Assembly (NCBI RefSeq): GCF_004010195.1
Contig: NC_057728.1
Span: 50,730,782 to 50,794,781, forward strand
DNA length: 64,000 nt
Direction: 5' to 3'
From: Chiloscyllium plagiosum
Taxonomy: Eukaryota
This document shows, piece by piece, positions 61,691 to 64,000 of this stretch. The notes beneath the pieces were generated by a model. It worked only from the letters and a program-made list of their open reading frames with translations, made no database searches and was not told the origin of the DNA. The position numbers and the translations under genes are program-made. The first letter of the stretch is position 1. Each line of letters starts with the position of its first letter.

Positions 61691-61947
61691 CTTATCAGGT
61701 GCGATTTGAATCTGTGCCTGAATCCCTGGATTACTAAATCCAGTGACATTATCACAAATAATCTATCCAATGATGCAACAGAACATTTTGAAGATAGTTC
61801 CCAAGTAATTTTTAAGCTGACTTTATTGAAAGTAACTGTGGGATATTGTGAGGTTGTGCAGGTAAAATCAACACCAGACGATGTTTACACACACAAAAAC
61901 AAATATTACTGGAAAAGGTCAGCAGTCTGTCAGCATCTGTGGAGAGA

Positions 61948-62265
61948 GATTAGATTAGATTCCCTACAGTGTGGAAATAGGTCCTTTGGCCCAACAAGTC
62001 CACACTGACCCTCCGAAGAGCAATGCACCCAGACCCATCCCCCTACATTTGCCCCTGACTAATGCACCTAACACTACGGGCAATTTAGCATGGCCAACTC
62101 ACCTAGCCTGTGCATCTTTGGACTGTGGGAGGAAACCGGAGCACCCAGAGGAAACCCACGCAGATACTGAGAGAATGTGCAAACTCGACACGGACAGTTG
62201 CCTGATGTCGGAATTGAACCCAGTCCCTGGCGCTGTGAGGCAGCCGTCCTAACCACTGAGCCACC
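61948..62265 (-). mobile_element. HE1/V-SINE-type SINE
   Basis: Family similarity, (AATCT)n tail. Confidence 0.88.
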
Positions 62266-62999
62266 AGATCAGAATGAACACTTCTACGTCCAGTGATCCT
62301 TCCTCTGTTTCTGTTTCTGATTTACAGCATTGGCAATTCTTATGGTTTATGTCCAGAAAATATTTAGCCTGATTAAAATTGTCATTAGTGAACCAAATTA
62401 ACTAGACTATTTCTAAGAGACTACAATTTTTCCAATGAATATTTTGGTTGACGTTGTATGAACTATAGAATGGAGGTCAACATTATCTCTACAACCTCCT
62501 GGAATTATAATGTTTACAGCAGTAAGCCCTTTTACTCTTGATATTTCCATCTTGTATGTACAAAAACATGTTTTATAGGAGGATCTATAGATCCTGGTAG
62601 GAAGACAAGTGTGAGGTTTATAATACTTATTTAGCATGATCAACAAGTAGAGTCTATGGCATGTTCCAGTTTTTCTTGGCATGTTATCATGTTAGAACTA
62701 TTCTTGGCTTAGTGTCATGTACAGTATTTTATATTTCTAAAATAACATTTTAGACTTGTCATAGTGTCTCCATGTATCTGTTCTAACAGGGAATTCTATC
62801 TTGTGCCAAATTAAAGTAATATTTTAGCATGGTGTGCAGAATCCTGGCTTCAGTTCAGTAGTCCTGCATTTGTCAGAATTGTACAGAATTAAATCTTCAA
62901 CTATTTAATGAGCTCAGCATCTTTAAAACATTCTCTATTTTTCTTTTGATTTTCAGAGAGGATGGGAGAAGGAGAGCAGTCTGAACCTTGAATCTTAGC

Positions 63000-63314
63000 G
63001 AGTCATAGATATGTACAGCACAGGAACAGACCTTTCAGTCCAACTCATCCATGCCGACCAGATATCCAACCTAATCTAGTCCCATTTGCCAGCACTTGGC
63101 CCATATCCCTCTAAGCTCTTCCTATTCATATACCCATCCAAATGCCTTTTTAAATGTTGCAATTATACCAGCCTCTACCACTTCCTCTGACAGTTCATTC
63201 CATACTCACACCACCCTCTGTGTGAAAACGTTGCCCCTTAGGTCCCTTTTATATCTTTCCCCTTTCATCCTAAACCTGTGCCGACTAGTTCTGGACTCCT
63301 CCACCCGAGGGAAA
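63000..63314 (-). mobile_element. CR1-type LINE 3' end
   Basis: Family similarity. Confidence 0.87.
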
Positions 63315-64000
63315 AGCCAGGGAACTATAGGCCAGTGAGCCTAACGTCAGTAGTGGGCAAGTTATTGGAGGGAATCCTGAGGGACAGGATGTACATGTAT
63401 TTGGAAAGGCAAGGACTGATTAGGGATAGTCAACATGGCTTTGTGCGTGGGAAATCATGTCTCACAAACTTGATTGAGTTTTTTGAAGAAGTCACAAAGA
63501 GGATTGATGAGGACAGAGCAGTAGATGTGATCTATATGGACTTCAGTAAGGCATTCGACAAGGTTCTAGAAAAAGTGAGGACTGCAGATGCTGGAGATCA
63601 GAGCTGAAAATGTGTTGCTGGAAAAGCGCAGCAGGTCAGGCAGCATCCAAGGAGCAGGAGAATCGACGTTTCAGGCATGAGCCCATTCCTGAAGAAGGGC
63701 TCATGTCCAAAACGTCGATTCGACAAGGTTCCATATGGGAGACTGGTTAGCAAGGTTAGATCTCACGGAATACAGGGAGAACTAGCTATGTGGATACAGA
63801 ACTGGCTCAAAGGTAGAAGACAGAAGGTGGTGGTGGATGGTTGTTTTTCAGACTGGAGGCCTGTGACCAGTGGAGTGGCACAAGGATTTGTGTTGGGTCC
63901 TCTACTTTTCATCATTTATATCAATGATTTGGATGCAAGCATAAGAAGTATGGTTAGTAAGTTTACAGATGACACCAAAATTGGTGGTGTGGTGGACAGT
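63311..64000 (+). mobile_element. CR1 RT fragment running off the window, interrupted by a palindromic PLE derivative at 63567-63717
   Basis: [16 protein letters not shown]...DFSKAFDKV and SKFTDDTK motifs; TSD attcgacaaggttc at 63553-63566 and 63718-63731. Confidence 0.9.

Noticed and set aside
7170..62265. Recurrent small ORFs ([11 protein letters not shown]..., [17 protein letters not shown]...) and tRNA-like heads
   Set aside because: They are translations and heads of SINE copies, not a gene family or real tRNA genes.
60472..62900. Polyadenylation site of the gene
   Set aside because: I saw only ATTAAA variants (near 62372, 62810 and 62887) and no clear AATAAA, so the 3' end cannot be placed.
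63000..63330. Twin-priming inversion of a single CR1
   Set aside because: The inverted part is the extreme 3' tail, so two independent insertions are at least as likely, and the other end lies outside the window.

Overview
Eukaryotic (vertebrate) genomic DNA. The repeat content (HE1/V-SINE-type SINEs, DeuSINEs, abundant CR1 LINEs and Penelope-like elements) points to an elasmobranch, probably a shark; this is an inference. One spliced gene runs on the + strand. I reconstructed 15 coding exons (948-60471), all with AG/GT boundaries and consistent phases, giving 1856 coding nt or about 617 aa. They encode the coiled-coil region, linker and C-terminal Rab GTPase domain (ending CCSK) of a CRACR2A/EFCAB4B (Rab46)-like large Rab. 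The EF-hand exons must lie upstream of the window. Introns are packed with nested retroelements. The most interesting signal is a set of Penelope-like elements (PLEs) and short hairpin-shaped non-autonomous derivatives with 13-16 bp target-site duplications. At least five families carry different minimal hammerhead-ribozyme motifs, all with one extra nucleotide after the CUGANGA box, and some intact copies are on the sense strand of the host pre-mRNA. Other observations: a 3.7 kb inverted PLE, a CR1 flanked by ~135 bp direct repeats, a ~120 bp-arm foldback, a 34 bp minisatellite, solo-LTR candidates and probable assembly artefacts. Repeat boundaries are approximate; exon boundaries were read base by base.
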